Shown: piece after piece, positions 20,001 through 29,232 of the stretch
Position numbering within the stretch: the first letter of the stretch is position 1
How the letters are laid out: each line of letters begins with the position of its first letter
NCBI GenBank assembly: GCA_963823655.1
Contig: CAWGMK010000013.1
Coordinates: 224,001 to 288,000, forward strand
Origin: an uncultured Bacillota bacterium
Lineage (GTDB): Bacteria > Bacillota > DTU025 > MWDF01
Reading direction: 5' to 3'
DNA length: 64,000 bases
The notes under the pieces: generated by a model
What the model was told of the DNA's origin: nothing
What the model saw: the letters and a program-made list of their open reading frames with translations, nothing else
The model's database searches: none
Position numbers and translations under genes: made by a program

Positions 20001-20606
20001 GCCGCCTCGGACGAGCTTACTGCCATGAGAGAAAGGATACAATTCATGGGGGGCCAGATCGAGGATCTCGACAAGGCCCGCTTATCCTTGTCCCAAGTTA
20101 TCAAAGAAGCCGAAAGGACTGCCAAGAAACAGTTCGCGGAGATGTTCGAGCTGATCAGGCAGAACTTCAAGGAAATCTTCGAGAGGCTATTCGCCGGAGG
20201 GCAGGCGGACATCGTCCTGACTGATGACGAGGAGCCGCTGGAAAGCGGCATAGAGATAATATGCAGGCCGCCAGGCAAGAAGCTTTCTCAGTTATCCCTT
20301 CTTTCTGGAGGAGAGAAGGCGCTAGCGGCGATTGCCCTCATATTCTCATTCTTAAAGGCCAGGCCCGCTCCGTTTTGCATGCTTGATGAGATAGACGCGG
20401 CTTTGGATGATGCCAATGTCGACAGGTTCAGGGAGCTGGTCGCGGAATATGCAAACCAGAGCCAGATGATAATCATAACCCACAGAAGAAGGACTATGGA
20501 GGCCGCAACGCGGGTGTACGGGGTGACCATGGAGGAAAATGGCGTATCCAAGGCTGTATGCGTTGATACATCGGAGATAATATTCCAGGAGGGTTTAGTC
20601 GAATGA
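17031..20606 (+). CDS. smc: Chromosome segregation protein SMC
   Basis: GPNGSGKSN Walker A, hinge GRATFLPLD, LSGGEK signature, LDEIDAALD. Confidence 0.96.
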   Translation: MQLRRLAINGFKTFAGKSEFEFKGGITAVVGPNGSGKSNLSDAIRWALGEQSARLLRGTSMSDVIFAGTSARKASGMAEVTVVIDNSDRSLSLDFDEVSVTRRVYRDGDSQFLINGVECRLKDIAELFAGTGLGKEAYAAIEQGKVDAIISSQPQDRRGIFDEASGIMRYKNRKRDAERKLIDVEERTGRASDILAELKQKEPILEKQAQDAQGYKEAISEAKSLEFSLICLETADAHKKLLSLETELNAKIAERERLQADLTLSEASYKSARLKSAELSISYETASQTAQAASKSAVKHEMGAMELEADISRMQVLLTRANEDLSGQLGGGQEAQSGLEDVRARKGAAEANLAALESSINAQAELIAKLQGEAALLDTKIDEFRAEHFARVSKVAGIKNSIGSNAQRRESLKARASRLRSSSEALLNEKAQADERTLNLSSEIAAIKASVGKIESALFENKSAGSLLHIELSKAVSINSLTAKELARCETVLSALEAMQQDMEGYASSVKEIFSEAGKGKLDGIISTVGDAISVPKGLEAAIESALGGQINDIICATADAASASISHLKSKAYGRATFLPLDIIRASKLNISEKLSASKGFLGIASDMVSYEERLRPAFEYLLGQTAVFKTLDDAISSQKQGIRVRSVTAEGELISSGGAITGGSRNELKGSVITRRRKIADLREQKEKLAADSANGRENEKNTRAKLAAIEAEHASLEKALAETEKAQRASELELSKSESSLKSLLDQIAAALEELKGIDEELAASEVEVAELKLALIDAQEAVDKHGDRNDSDRSEKSALSEKLAEASRQHTAMLVEKATVVSLISSLASEEGSLKARISAQSGKASQLKAAIRELEAKIEAAKVEAVREREISSQFASQQEACTRDSEKLKASKDSFEAEAISFEQSLKNKRRRLAQVGDAESQRAMDRARVQGEYAILSSKLEKDHGISFEQADEASFQGLDKAAASARIDELKARVEALGDINMAASDELTAMRERIQFMGGQIEDLDKARLSLSQVIKEAERTAKKQFAEMFELIRQNFKEIFERLFAGGQADIVLTDDEEPLESGIEIICRPPGKKLSQLSLLSGGEKALAAIALIFSFLKARPAPFCMLDEIDAALDDANVDRFRELVAEYANQSQMIIITHRRRTMEAATRVYGVTMEENGVSKAVCVDTSEIIFQEGLVE

Positions 20607-21508
20607 GCGTTTTCAGTTTAATAGCGAAAGGACTTGCCAAGACGAAGGATGCCCTATCGCAGAAGATAGGCAGCATCTTCGGAGGCAGGCTGAGCATAGA
20701 CAAAGATGACCTCGAGGAGCTTGAAGCTGTACTCATACAGGCGGATCTCGGAAATGGAGTAACCCAGGAAGTGCTCTCTGCGATGAAGGACCGCCTTGAA
20801 AGAGGGGAAACCGCAGACCGCGATGCACTCGAGCGAACAATATCGAAAATCATAATGGAAAAGCTGGCTGTCTCGGAACCTATGCCGGAATCTTCTACAA
20901 AACCGCACGTTATCATGATGCTTGGCGTCAACGGAACAGGAAAGACCACTTCGGCGGGCAAGCTCGCCTATGTCCGTTCCAAAGAAGGGCACAAAGTGCT
21001 GCTAGCCGCCGCGGATACATTCAGGGCCGCCGCAATCGAGCAGCTTGAGGTATGGGGAAAACGCGCCGGCGTTGAAGTCATAAAGCATAAGGAAGGGTCG
21101 GACCCTTCGGCCGTTGCCTTTGATGCGTGCTCAGCTGCAGTTAACAGAGGCTGCGACTATCTGATCATAGATACCGCAGGCAGGCTGCATACGAAAACCA
21201 ACCTAATGGAAGAGCTTAAGAAGGTGCAAAGGGTAATCTCCACAAAAATCGAAGGCGCGCCTCACGAGGTTCTGCTTGTAATAGACGCGACGACAGGACA
21301 GAACGGTCTGACTCAGGCAAGGGAGTTCAATAAGGCAATACCGCTTACCGGGATCATACTAACGAAACTCGACGGCACGGCAAGAGGCGGCATAGTCGTA
21401 TCTGTGATGGATGAGCTTGGAGTCCCTGTCAGATACATCGGCATCGGGGAGGCGGCCGAGGACCTCAGGCCTTTCGACGCCAAAGAGTTCTCCGAGGGCC
21501 TTTTCTGA
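20603..21508 (+). CDS. ftsY: SRP receptor FtsY
   Basis: GVNGTGKTT, DTFRAAA, DTAGR, TKLDGTARGG. Confidence 0.96.
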   Translation: MSVFSLIAKGLAKTKDALSQKIGSIFGGRLSIDKDDLEELEAVLIQADLGNGVTQEVLSAMKDRLERGETADRDALERTISKIIMEKLAVSEPMPESSTKPHVIMMLGVNGTGKTTSAGKLAYVRSKEGHKVLLAAADTFRAAAIEQLEVWGKRAGVEVIKHKEGSDPSAVAFDACSAAVNRGCDYLIIDTAGRLHTKTNLMEELKKVQRVISTKIEGAPHEVLLVIDATTGQNGLTQAREFNKAIPLTGIILTKLDGTARGGIVVSVMDELGVPVRYIGIGEAAEDLRPFDAKEFSEGLF

Positions 21509-21519
21509 TTTCGCACGCA

Positions 21520-21549
21520 TTGACACATCGCCTGCATCGCGCTTATAAT
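21520..21549 (+). promoter_or_regulatory. Sigma-A promoter of ylxM-ffh
   Basis: TTGACA-18 nt-TATAAT. Confidence 0.75.
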
Positions 21550-21590
21550 CCCTATGTCAAGTAATTGGCTTGACACATTCGGAGGAATGT

Positions 21591-21938
21591 ATGCTTGAGA
21601 AGCTGCTAAGAGTAACAAGGCTGCTTGAAACCTATTCCGGGCTGCTTCCCAGGAAACAGGCCCAGATGTGCTCGGCATACTATCTGGACAATCTGAGCCT
21701 TGGCGAGATAGCCGAAAACGAGGGGATAAGCAGGCAGGCAGTGCATGATAGCCTGGAGAGGGCCATAGACGCGATGGAAGCTGCGGAAAATGCCCTTGGG
21801 CTGATCCGGAAGTCCGAAAGGTTAGCCGAGCTCTGCGACATTATAAAATGCCTCGCTCAGTCGATCAAAGACGGGAATGACGAGGCTTCGATTACAGCTC
21901 TTATTGATTGCGTGGATGCACTTAATTCCGAAATATAG
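21591..21938 (+). CDS. ylxM: YlxM family HTH protein
   Basis: YYLDNLSLGEIAE..ISRQAVHD; upstream of ffh. Confidence 0.92.
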   Translation: MLEKLLRVTRLLETYSGLLPRKQAQMCSAYYLDNLSLGEIAENEGISRQAVHDSLERAIDAMEAAENALGLIRKSERLAELCDIIKCLAQSIKDGNDEASITALIDCVDALNSEI

Positions 21939-21956
21939 ACGGAGGCTGAACGATAC

Positions 21957-23291
21957 ATGGCATTCGAAGGCCTTAGCGATAAGCTCCAATCGATAATGCA
22001 AAGGCTCAAAGGGCACGGCAAACTGTCCGACAAGGAGATAGATGCCGCCCTTAAAGAAGTAAGGCTGGCCCTTCTTGAAGCCGACGTGAACTTCAAGGTG
22101 GTAAAGGGCTTCACAGAGAAAGTACGAGAGCGTGCCATGGGTGCGGAGGTTATGCAAAGCCTCACCCCTGCGCAGCAGGTCATAAAGATAGTCCATTCCG
22201 AGCTGGTTGAGCTGATGGGCAAGTCCGCAAGCAGGATAGAGCATGCCCCCGAGCCTCCCACCGTAATTATGATGGTTGGTTTGCAGGGTTCAGGCAAGAC
22301 TACTACTTCGGCAAAGCTTGCGAACCTTCTTAGGAAGAGCAATAGCAGAAGGCCGCTTTTAGCAGCATGCGACGTCAGGAGGCCGGCTGCCGTAAAGCAG
22401 CTTGAGGTGCTCGGCAAGCAGATCGACATACCCGTGCACTACATAGAAGGCGCTACTGCGGAGCGAATTGCCAAGAGCGCCGTGGATGGCGCATTGAAGG
22501 CAGGCAGGGATCTTGTAATAATCGACACCGCGGGCCGCCTGCACATCGACGAAGAGCTAATGCAGGAGCTCGAGAGGATAAAAACGCAGACAAAACCCCA
22601 TGAGATCCTGCTGGTGGTCGATTCGATGACGGGGCAAGATGCCGTGAATGTGGCAAAAGCCTTCCAGGAGCGCCTCGACATAACAGGCGTAGTTCTGACC
22701 AAGCTGGACGGCGACGCAAGAGGCGGGGCAGCCCTTTCGGTTAGGGCCGTCACCGGAAAGCCAATCAAGTTCGTAGGCACAGGCGAGAAGATAGACGGCA
22801 TAGAGGTATTCCATCCCGACAGGATGGCATCAAGGATTCTAGGCATGGGCGACATCCTGACTGTGATCGAGAAGGCCCAGGAGAACTTCGATGTCGACCA
22901 GGCCAAGAAGATGGAAGCCAAGCTAAGGAAACAGGAGTTCACTTTCGAGGACTTCCTTTCCCAGCTAAAAGAGCTGAAAAAGATGGGGCCGATCAGCGAT
23001 GTCCTGGCCATGATCCCGGGGCTCTCGGGCAAAAACCGTCAGCTTAAGGACCTCAAAGTAGACGAGGGCCAAATGGCGAGGGTGGAGGCCATCATCAATT
23101 CGATGACCAAGCTGGAAAGGCGCAGGCCTGACATCATTGATTCGTCCAGGAAAAAGCGCATCGCCGCAGGAAGCGGCACCAGGGTACAGGACGTAAACTC
23201 CGTGCTCAAGCAGTATGAGGAAACCAAGAAGCTTCTTAAGGCATTCTCGGGCGGGCGCAAACCCAAACTGAAGATGCCAGGGATATTCTAG
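21957..23291 (+). CDS. ffh: Signal recognition particle protein
   Basis: [38 protein letters not shown]. Confidence 0.97.
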   Translation: MAFEGLSDKLQSIMQRLKGHGKLSDKEIDAALKEVRLALLEADVNFKVVKGFTEKVRERAMGAEVMQSLTPAQQVIKIVHSELVELMGKSASRIEHAPEPPTVIMMVGLQGSGKTTTSAKLANLLRKSNSRRPLLAACDVRRPAAVKQLEVLGKQIDIPVHYIEGATAERIAKSAVDGALKAGRDLVIIDTAGRLHIDEELMQELERIKTQTKPHEILLVVDSMTGQDAVNVAKAFQERLDITGVVLTKLDGDARGGAALSVRAVTGKPIKFVGTGEKIDGIEVFHPDRMASRILGMGDILTVIEKAQENFDVDQAKKMEAKLRKQEFTFEDFLSQLKELKKMGPISDVLAMIPGLSGKNRQLKDLKVDEGQMARVEAIINSMTKLERRRPDIIDSSRKKRIAAGSGTRVQDVNSVLKQYEETKKLLKAFSGGRKPKLKMPGIF

Positions 23292-23313
23292 ATACAACGA
23301 GGAGGAAAAGGAA

Positions 23314-23556
23314 ATGTCAGTAAAGATCAGGCTCACGAGGACAGGCAGCAACAAGCAGGCAAGCTACAGGGTAGTGGTATCGGATTCAAAGTCACCCAGA
23401 GACGGTCGTTTCATCGAGATAATCGGGCATTACAATCCCAGGATGAACCCTGCCGAGATCGTAATCGACGCCGAGAAGCTCAAGCTTTGGGTATCAAAGG
23501 GTGCCCAGCCCACCGATTCAGTCAAGATGCTTATGAAGACCGCGGGCATTGAGTAG
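23314..23556 (+). CDS. rpsP: 30S ribosomal protein S16
   Basis: [28 protein letters not shown]. Confidence 0.97.
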   Translation: MSVKIRLTRTGSNKQASYRVVVSDSKSPRDGRFIEIIGHYNPRMNPAEIVIDAEKLKLWVSKGAQPTDSVKMLMKTAGIE

Positions 23557-23573
23557 CCCAAAGGGGTAGTGAT

Positions 23574-23834
23574 ATGACTGCAAAGATTCGTTCGAGGCTG
23601 AAGGATGTTGTCGAATATACGGTCAGAAGCCTTGTAAAGCAACCCGACGAAGTAGAAGTGCGCGAGATTTGGAACCATGACGACGACCTGGTTCTGAAGA
23701 TAACCACGGACCAGCCGGACATGGGCAAAGTGATCGGCAAGCAGGGTCGCATAGCGAAAGCAATTCGCGCCATAGCCAAGGCGCAGGCCGTTAAGGAAGA
23801 CGTCAAGGTAACCGTCGACATCATCGAGAGGTGA
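23574..23834 (+). CDS. khpA: KH domain RNA-binding protein KhpA (YlqC)
   Basis: DMGKVIGKQGRIAKAIR; synteny rpsP-khpA-rimM. Confidence 0.92.
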   Translation: MTAKIRSRLKDVVEYTVRSLVKQPDEVEVREIWNHDDDLVLKITTDQPDMGKVIGKQGRIAKAIRAIAKAQAVKEDVKVTVDIIER

Positions 23835-23838
23835 GGCT

Positions 23839-24348
23839 TTGATGCTCGTCGCCATCGGCAAGGTGAGATCCGTTCACGGCCTTAAGGGCTTTGTTAAGGC
23901 AGAGGCCTATACTGGAAGCGATCGGACCCTTAGGCATCAGGACGAGATTTTCCTGGGCGCTTCAGATAAATCCTGCAGGCCCTACAAGGTAGAGGGCCTG
24001 AAAGGCGCAACAGGGGATGTCGTTCTGATCAAGCTCGAAGGAGTGGAAACTCCGGACGATGCCGCCAGCCTGAAGGGGTATTTGATCTTCATAGAGCAGG
24101 CCATGCTTCCGCAGCTTCCCGAGGGCAGCTACTACAGCTTCATGCTCGAGGGCATGGAAGTAGAGACTACTGATGGGAAGCGGCTGGGCAAAGTTTCGAA
24201 GGTGGACCATTACCCTGCAAGCGACATACTTACAGTCTCCTGCGAAGACGGCTCCGAGGTACTCATACCTGCAGTCAAGGATATTGTAAGAAGCGTCGAT
24301 ATGAAAGCATCGAAGATCATCGTTGAAGACCGGAAGGGCTTGAGGTGA
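23839..24348 (+). CDS. rimM: Ribosome maturation factor RimM
   Basis: GKV..VHGLKG, LPEGSYY, LIPAV. Confidence 0.93.
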   Translation: MMLVAIGKVRSVHGLKGFVKAEAYTGSDRTLRHQDEIFLGASDKSCRPYKVEGLKGATGDVVLIKLEGVETPDDAASLKGYLIFIEQAMLPQLPEGSYYSFMLEGMEVETTDGKRLGKVSKVDHYPASDILTVSCEDGSEVLIPAVKDIVRSVDMKASKIIVEDRKGLR

Positions 24349-24353
24349 TTCCC

Positions 24354-25134
24354 ATGACTTTCGAAGTCCTTACACTCTTTCCTCAGATGTTCGAAGGGTT
24401 CAAGGACAGAAAGCATCATCGGCAGGGCCGCAACTGAGGGCCTCATAAAAATCAGGGCCACGAATATCAGGGATTTCGCATCGGGAAAGCACAAAATCAC
24501 GGACGACTACTCCTTTGGCGGCGGCTGCGGTATGGTCATGATGGCTGAACCGATCGCAAAGGCTGTGGAATACCTAAAGGGCCTGGAAACAGAAGAGGGC
24601 CCTGCAAGGGTAATTCTGACAACCCCCCAGGGCAGGAAGTTCAGCCAGTCGGACGCGATAAGGCTCTCCTCATACAGCAGGCTGATCATTATTTGCGGCC
24701 ATTATGAGGGCATAGATGAGAGGGTCACATCTTTCATCGATGAGGAGCTATCTATAGGGGATTTCGTGCTGACAGGCGGGGAAATCCCCGCGATGGCAAT
24801 CATCGACTCAGTATCGCGCATGATACCCGGTGTATTGGGACACGAAGAAAGCGCCCCCTCTGATTCTTTCTTCGCCGGGCTTCTCGATTACCCTCATTAC
24901 ACAAGGCCCAGAGTCTGGCGAGGGATGGAAGTTCCCCAGGTACTTCTCTCCGGCGACCATGAGAAAATCAGGCTCTACAGAAGGAAAGAGGCCTTGAAGA
25001 GGACCTCGACGAGAAGGCCGGATTTGATGTCCGCCCTTGATTTGGGGGAGGAAGACTTCAGGCTGTTAAACGACTTGCCCAAGCGCAAAAAGAGAGCCTC
25101 AAAAGCGTCGGCACCCATAGAAAAGGGCAACTAG
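24354..25134 (+). CDS. trmD: tRNA m1G37 methyltransferase; +1 frameshift at ~24404
   Basis: VLTLFPQMF, then in the shifted frame ESIIGRA..GGG.GMVM, CGHYEGIDER, SIGDFVLTGGE, YPHYTRP. Confidence 0.94.
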
Positions 25135-25137
25135 CTA

Positions 25138-25166
25138 TTGCATTAGGCTCGTGTAAATGATATATT
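25138..25166 (+). promoter_or_regulatory. Promoter of rplS
   Basis: TTGCAT-17 nt-TATATT with extended TG. Confidence 0.55.
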
Positions 25167-25180
25167 TCTAATGTTAATAC

Positions 25181-25215
25181 GGACGGTCCTCTGAGTTAAG
25201 CCCTCATGAACGTCT
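25181..25215 (+). promoter_or_regulatory. L19 ribosomal protein leader
   Basis: GGACGGTCCTCTG...ATGAACGTCT hairpin directly upstream of rplS, as in Bacillota L19 leaders. Confidence 0.7.
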
Positions 25216-25232
25216 ATGATGTGAGGTGCGAT

Positions 25233-25583
25233 ATGAACCTGTTACTGGAAATCGAAAGGCTTCAGCTGAGAACTGACCTGCCTGACTTCCGCCCCGGAGA
25301 CTCCGTGAAGGTGCATGCCAAGATCATAGAAGGCACCCGCGAGAGGATACAGATTTTCGAAGGCATAGTGATCGCAAGGGCCGGTGGCAGCATAGGTGAG
25401 ACTTTCACGGTGCGCAAACTGTCCTCAGGCATCGGCGTCGAGAGGGTATTCCCGCTCCATTCACCCAATATCGATAAGATAGAGGTAGTGAAGCACGGCG
25501 CTGTTCGCAGGGCGAAGCTGTACTATCTGCGCGGCAGGACCGGCAAGGCAGCCACCAGGGTGCGCGAGCGCAAGCGCGTCTAG
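25233..25583 (+). CDS. rplS: 50S ribosomal protein L19
   Basis: [37 protein letters not shown]. Confidence 0.97.
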   Translation: MNLLLEIERLQLRTDLPDFRPGDSVKVHAKIIEGTRERIQIFEGIVIARAGGSIGETFTVRKLSSGIGVERVFPLHSPNIDKIEVVKHGAVRRAKLYYLRGRTGKAATRVRERKRV

Positions 25584-25611
25584 AGGACGGCGCAGCATAA
25601 ATGTAATTGTG

Positions 25612-25640
25612 AAAGCCGTGCCTTTTAGGTACGGCTTTTA
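25612..25640 (+). terminator. Terminator after rplS
   Basis: AAAGCCGTGCC-TTTTA-GGTACGGCTTTT. Confidence 0.7.
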
Positions 25641-25659
25641 TGTTTAAGGAGGGGATAAC

Positions 25660-26493
25660 TTGGTACATAGCTGGTTTCCGGGACATATGGCCAAAGCTAT
25701 CAGGGAAATCAAGCCCCTGCTTAAGCTCATAGATGTAGTAATTGAAATCGTTGACGCAAGGGCGCCGATGTCCTCCTCGAATCCGATAATCTCGGACATC
25801 GCCCAGGGTAAATCCTCCGTTATGTTGCTTAATAAATCCGACCTGGCAGACCCTTACGCAACCAAGGCATGGATTGTCAAGTTCCAGGCTTCAGGCAGAA
25901 AGGCCGTCGCCTCGGACGTTCTTAAGGGCACCGGACTTGATCTTGCACTGTCATCGCTTGCAGCCTTCCAGCAGAAGGCCAGGATAAAGCCTCGCGCCCT
26001 GGTAATTGGCATGCCCAATGTCGGAAAATCGTCATTGATAAACCGATATGCCAAGAGGAGCAAGACAAAGACGGGTGATAAACCCGGGGTGACTAGAGGC
26101 AAGCAATGGATCGACATCGGTTCCGCCGAATTGTTGGACACTCCAGGATTGATGCCGCTTCGAGTAGATAATCCTGACGTCTGGAACAGGCTTTGCTCCC
26201 TGGGAATGATCAACGATGACCTTTTCGTGCATGAGCAGGTGGCAAAATTCATAGTCGAGTTTGTGGCTTCAGAGTATGCCGGCGTACTTGAGCATAGGTA
26301 CGGCATAACTCAATCGGACATGGGCTCCCCGGGGGCATGCATAGAAGCGATTGCAAAGAAGAGGGGATGCCTGCTGCAAGGCGGCTTAATTGATGAAGAA
26401 AAGGCCTATATGATGATAATAAGGGACCTTCGCTCCGGAAGGTTGGGGAGGATTAGCCTTGAAAGGCCGGCTTCTGTCACAAAAGTCCAATGA
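25660..26493 (+). CDS. rbgA: Ribosome biogenesis GTPase RbgA (YlqF)
   Basis: WFPGHMAKA, DARAP, NKSD, GMPNVGKSS, DTPG. Confidence 0.95.
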   Translation: MVHSWFPGHMAKAIREIKPLLKLIDVVIEIVDARAPMSSSNPIISDIAQGKSSVMLLNKSDLADPYATKAWIVKFQASGRKAVASDVLKGTGLDLALSSLAAFQQKARIKPRALVIGMPNVGKSSLINRYAKRSKTKTGDKPGVTRGKQWIDIGSAELLDTPGLMPLRVDNPDVWNRLCSLGMINDDLFVHEQVAKFIVEFVASEYAGVLEHRYGITQSDMGSPGACIEAIAKKRGCLLQGGLIDEEKAYMMIIRDLRSGRLGRISLERPASVTKVQ

Positions 26494-27124
26494 ACTCTGG
26501 CTGTTCGATTCTTCAGTCAGGGCATCTGAGCCCGGTCTGCTTCTAGTTGGCGTCGATGAGGCGGGCAGGGGACCTCTGGCAGGACCTGTCTTCGCCGCCG
26601 CTGTTTGCTTCGACGAGGATACAAGGCTTGACTGCATCTTTGATTCAAAGCGAATGAGCGAGAGACAGAGGGAGCATGCTTACTCGATAATAGTAGATGA
26701 AGCGCTGCATTTTGCCGTAGCGTCCGCGACCGCTGAGGAAATCAATTCCTTGAACATCAGGCAGGCAAGCCTGCTTGCCATGAGGCGCGCGGTAACGATG
26801 CTTGGAGCAGGCCCTTCAGTTGTTATAGTTGACGGCAGGGATGAGCTAGGACATAATCTAAACTCTAGGGCACTAGTCGGCGGCGACGGTAAAAGCCTTT
26901 GTGTTGCCGCAGCCTCGATTCTTGCGAAAGTCACAAGGGATGAGTACATGAGACAGCTCGATGAAGAGCTCCCTGGATACGGTTTCGCAAAGCACAAGGG
27001 CTATCCGACATCCCAGCACTATGATGCGATCAGCAAGCTCGGACCGTGCAAGGAGCACAGGCTGAGCTACAACGGAGTACTAAAGGGCGGTAGCCTTAAG
27101 AATAACTACTACGGAGGAAAATGA
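26459..27124 (+). CDS. rnhB: Ribonuclease HII
   Basis: GVDEAGRGPLAGP, DSK, AAASILAKV, HKGYPT; TTG start after GGGGAGG. Confidence 0.94.
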   Translation: MKGRLLSQKSNELWLFDSSVRASEPGLLLVGVDEAGRGPLAGPVFAAAVCFDEDTRLDCIFDSKRMSERQREHAYSIIVDEALHFAVASATAEEINSLNIRQASLLAMRRAVTMLGAGPSVVIVDGRDELGHNLNSRALVGGDGKSLCVAAASILAKVTRDEYMRQLDEELPGYGFAKHKGYPTSQHYDAISKLGPCKEHRLSYNGVLKGGSLKNNYYGGK

Positions 27125-29232
27125 TGCCCCAAAGTCTGGTAATAGTTGAGTCTCCCGCGAAGGTGAAGACGCTGACGAAATTCCTCGGCAAGGATTACGT
27201 CGTGAAGGCTTCGGTCGGACACGTCCGCGACCTTCCCAAATCCAAGCTGGGAGTCGATATTGAGGACAACTACAAGCCTCAGTATAAAGAATCTGCCGAT
27301 AAAAGCGCCGTCATCAAGGAGCTGAAGGCCGCCGCCAGCAAGGCGAAGGCCATACTACTTGCCACCGACCCTGACAGGGAGGGCGAGGCTATCTCCTGGC
27401 ACCTGGCGGAGATACTCGGCGTTAAACCCGAGCAGCCGGTGAGGATCCAGTTCAATGAGATAACTGAAAGGGCAGTCAAAGAAGCCATACGCAACCCTAG
27501 GCCTATAGATATGGGCCTTGTGGACGCACAACAAGCCAGAAGGATCCTGGACAGGCTCGTCGGCTACAAGCTCAGCCCGTTTCTCTGGAAAAAGGTAAGA
27601 AGCAAGCTGTCGGCGGGACGGGTCCAATCTGTGGCACTTAGGCTCATTTGCGACAGGGAAGCCGAGATCGAGGCTTTCGTACCTGTTGAATTCTGGACGA
27701 TAGAGGCCATCCTTGAAAAGATGGGCGGGGGCAAGTTCACCGCCAAGTACTTCAAAGGAAAGACCATTAAAATTGAGGACCCGGACTTCGCCAGGAAAAC
27801 GGTCGAAGAGTGCAAGTCCTCAGGCTTCGCAATAGACAAAGTTGAAGTCAAGAACACTTCAAAAAGGCCATCGGCGCCTCTTATAACATCGACTCTCCAG
27901 CAAGAGGCCTACAGGAAGCTGGGGCTTACCGCAAGGTCTACGATGTCGATAGCGCAACAACTGTATGAGGGAATGGAGCTTGAAGGCCTAGGGCATGTCG
28001 CCCTTATCACCTACATGAGGACCGACTCTTACAGGATCGCCGACGAGGCGAGGGATGCCGCGAAATCGTACATTGCCGACAAGTACGGCAAGGATTACCT
28101 TCCTGCAAAGGACCGGCTGTATTCCACAAAGGCATCCGCGCAGGACGCACATGAGGCAATCAGGCCTGTAAGATTCGACATGGAGCCGGAGGACATGAAG
28201 AAATTCCTCTCAAGGGACCAGTACAGGCTCTACAAGCTGATCTGGAACCGCTTCTTCGCAAGCCAGATGGCAGACATGAAGCTCGAGGTGACCACGATAA
28301 TAGCCGTTTCCGCGGGCCATACATTCAAGGCCCTCGGCACTAAGGTGAAGTTCGATGGATTCGGCGTGCTCTACAACTCCGGCGCAATGGCGGACGAGGA
28401 AGAGGGCGAGGATGCTCAGAAGCTGCCGTCTCTTGTAGCAGGCGAAAAGGTAAACCTCATTGAGATCAAACCTTCGCAGGAGTTCACTCAGCCCCCTTCA
28501 AGATACACCGAGGGAAGCCTGGTCAAGGCGCTGGAGGAAAATGGCATAGGCAGGCCTTCTACATACGCCGCCATCATCGACACCATAAAGAAAAGGGACT
28601 ACGTGGACATAAAGGAGAAGGCGTTTGCGCCGACTACGATAGGTAGTGCAGTGTGCGAAGTCCTCAAAGCCAACTTCGAGGATATCGTTAATGTAGACTT
28701 CACTGCTGAAATGGAAAAGAAACTCGACTCGATCGGAGAGAAGAAAGCTGAGTGGACGAAGGTAATCGACGAGTTCTACGTACCTTTCAGCGCGAAACTC
28801 GGAGATGCCGAGGTGAGCCAGCAAAGGGTGAAGATAGCCGTTGAGCTTCTCGACGAGATGTGCCCGGACTGCGGAAAGCCCCTGGTTGTAAGACGGAGCC
28901 GTTTCGGCCCCTTTGTGGGCTGCAGCGGATATCCCGATTGCAAGTATATAAAGAAGAAGGAGAAGGTAATCCTCTCCTTCAAATGCCCTCTTTGCGGCAA
29001 CCCGATCGAGGAGCGCATGACCAAGTTCAAGCGCAAGGTCTACAGCTGCTCCGGCTACCCGGCGTGCAAATTCTCGGTCTGGAAGAAGCCGGAAGATACA
29101 TTGTGCGACGAATGTGGCAGTTTCACCGTTTCATATGGCAGGGGCAAATCCAAGCAGTACAAATGCCCCAACCCGAACTGCTCCAAGTATGAGGGGGCTA
29201 AGGATGAACCGGAAGGAAAGCCTGAGCAATAG
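27121..29232 (+). CDS. topA: DNA topoisomerase I
   Basis: IVESPAK, ATDPDREGE, SAGRVQS, ITYMRTD, C-terminal zinc ribbons. Confidence 0.97.
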   Translation: MMPQSLVIVESPAKVKTLTKFLGKDYVVKASVGHVRDLPKSKLGVDIEDNYKPQYKESADKSAVIKELKAAASKAKAILLATDPDREGEAISWHLAEILGVKPEQPVRIQFNEITERAVKEAIRNPRPIDMGLVDAQQARRILDRLVGYKLSPFLWKKVRSKLSAGRVQSVALRLICDREAEIEAFVPVEFWTIEAILEKMGGGKFTAKYFKGKTIKIEDPDFARKTVEECKSSGFAIDKVEVKNTSKRPSAPLITSTLQQEAYRKLGLTARSTMSIAQQLYEGMELEGLGHVALITYMRTDSYRIADEARDAAKSYIADKYGKDYLPAKDRLYSTKASAQDAHEAIRPVRFDMEPEDMKKFLSRDQYRLYKLIWNRFFASQMADMKLEVTTIIAVSAGHTFKALGTKVKFDGFGVLYNSGAMADEEEGEDAQKLPSLVAGEKVNLIEIKPSQEFTQPPSRYTEGSLVKALEENGIGRPSTYAAIIDTIKKRDYVDIKEKAFAPTTIGSAVCEVLKANFEDIVNVDFTAEMEKKLDSIGEKKAEWTKVIDEFYVPFSAKLGDAEVSQQRVKIAVELLDEMCPDCGKPLVVRRSRFGPFVGCSGYPDCKYIKKKEKVILSFKCPLCGNPIEERMTKFKRKVYSCSGYPACKFSVWKKPEDTLCDECGSFTVSYGRGKSKQYKCPNPNCSKYEGAKDEPEGKPEQ

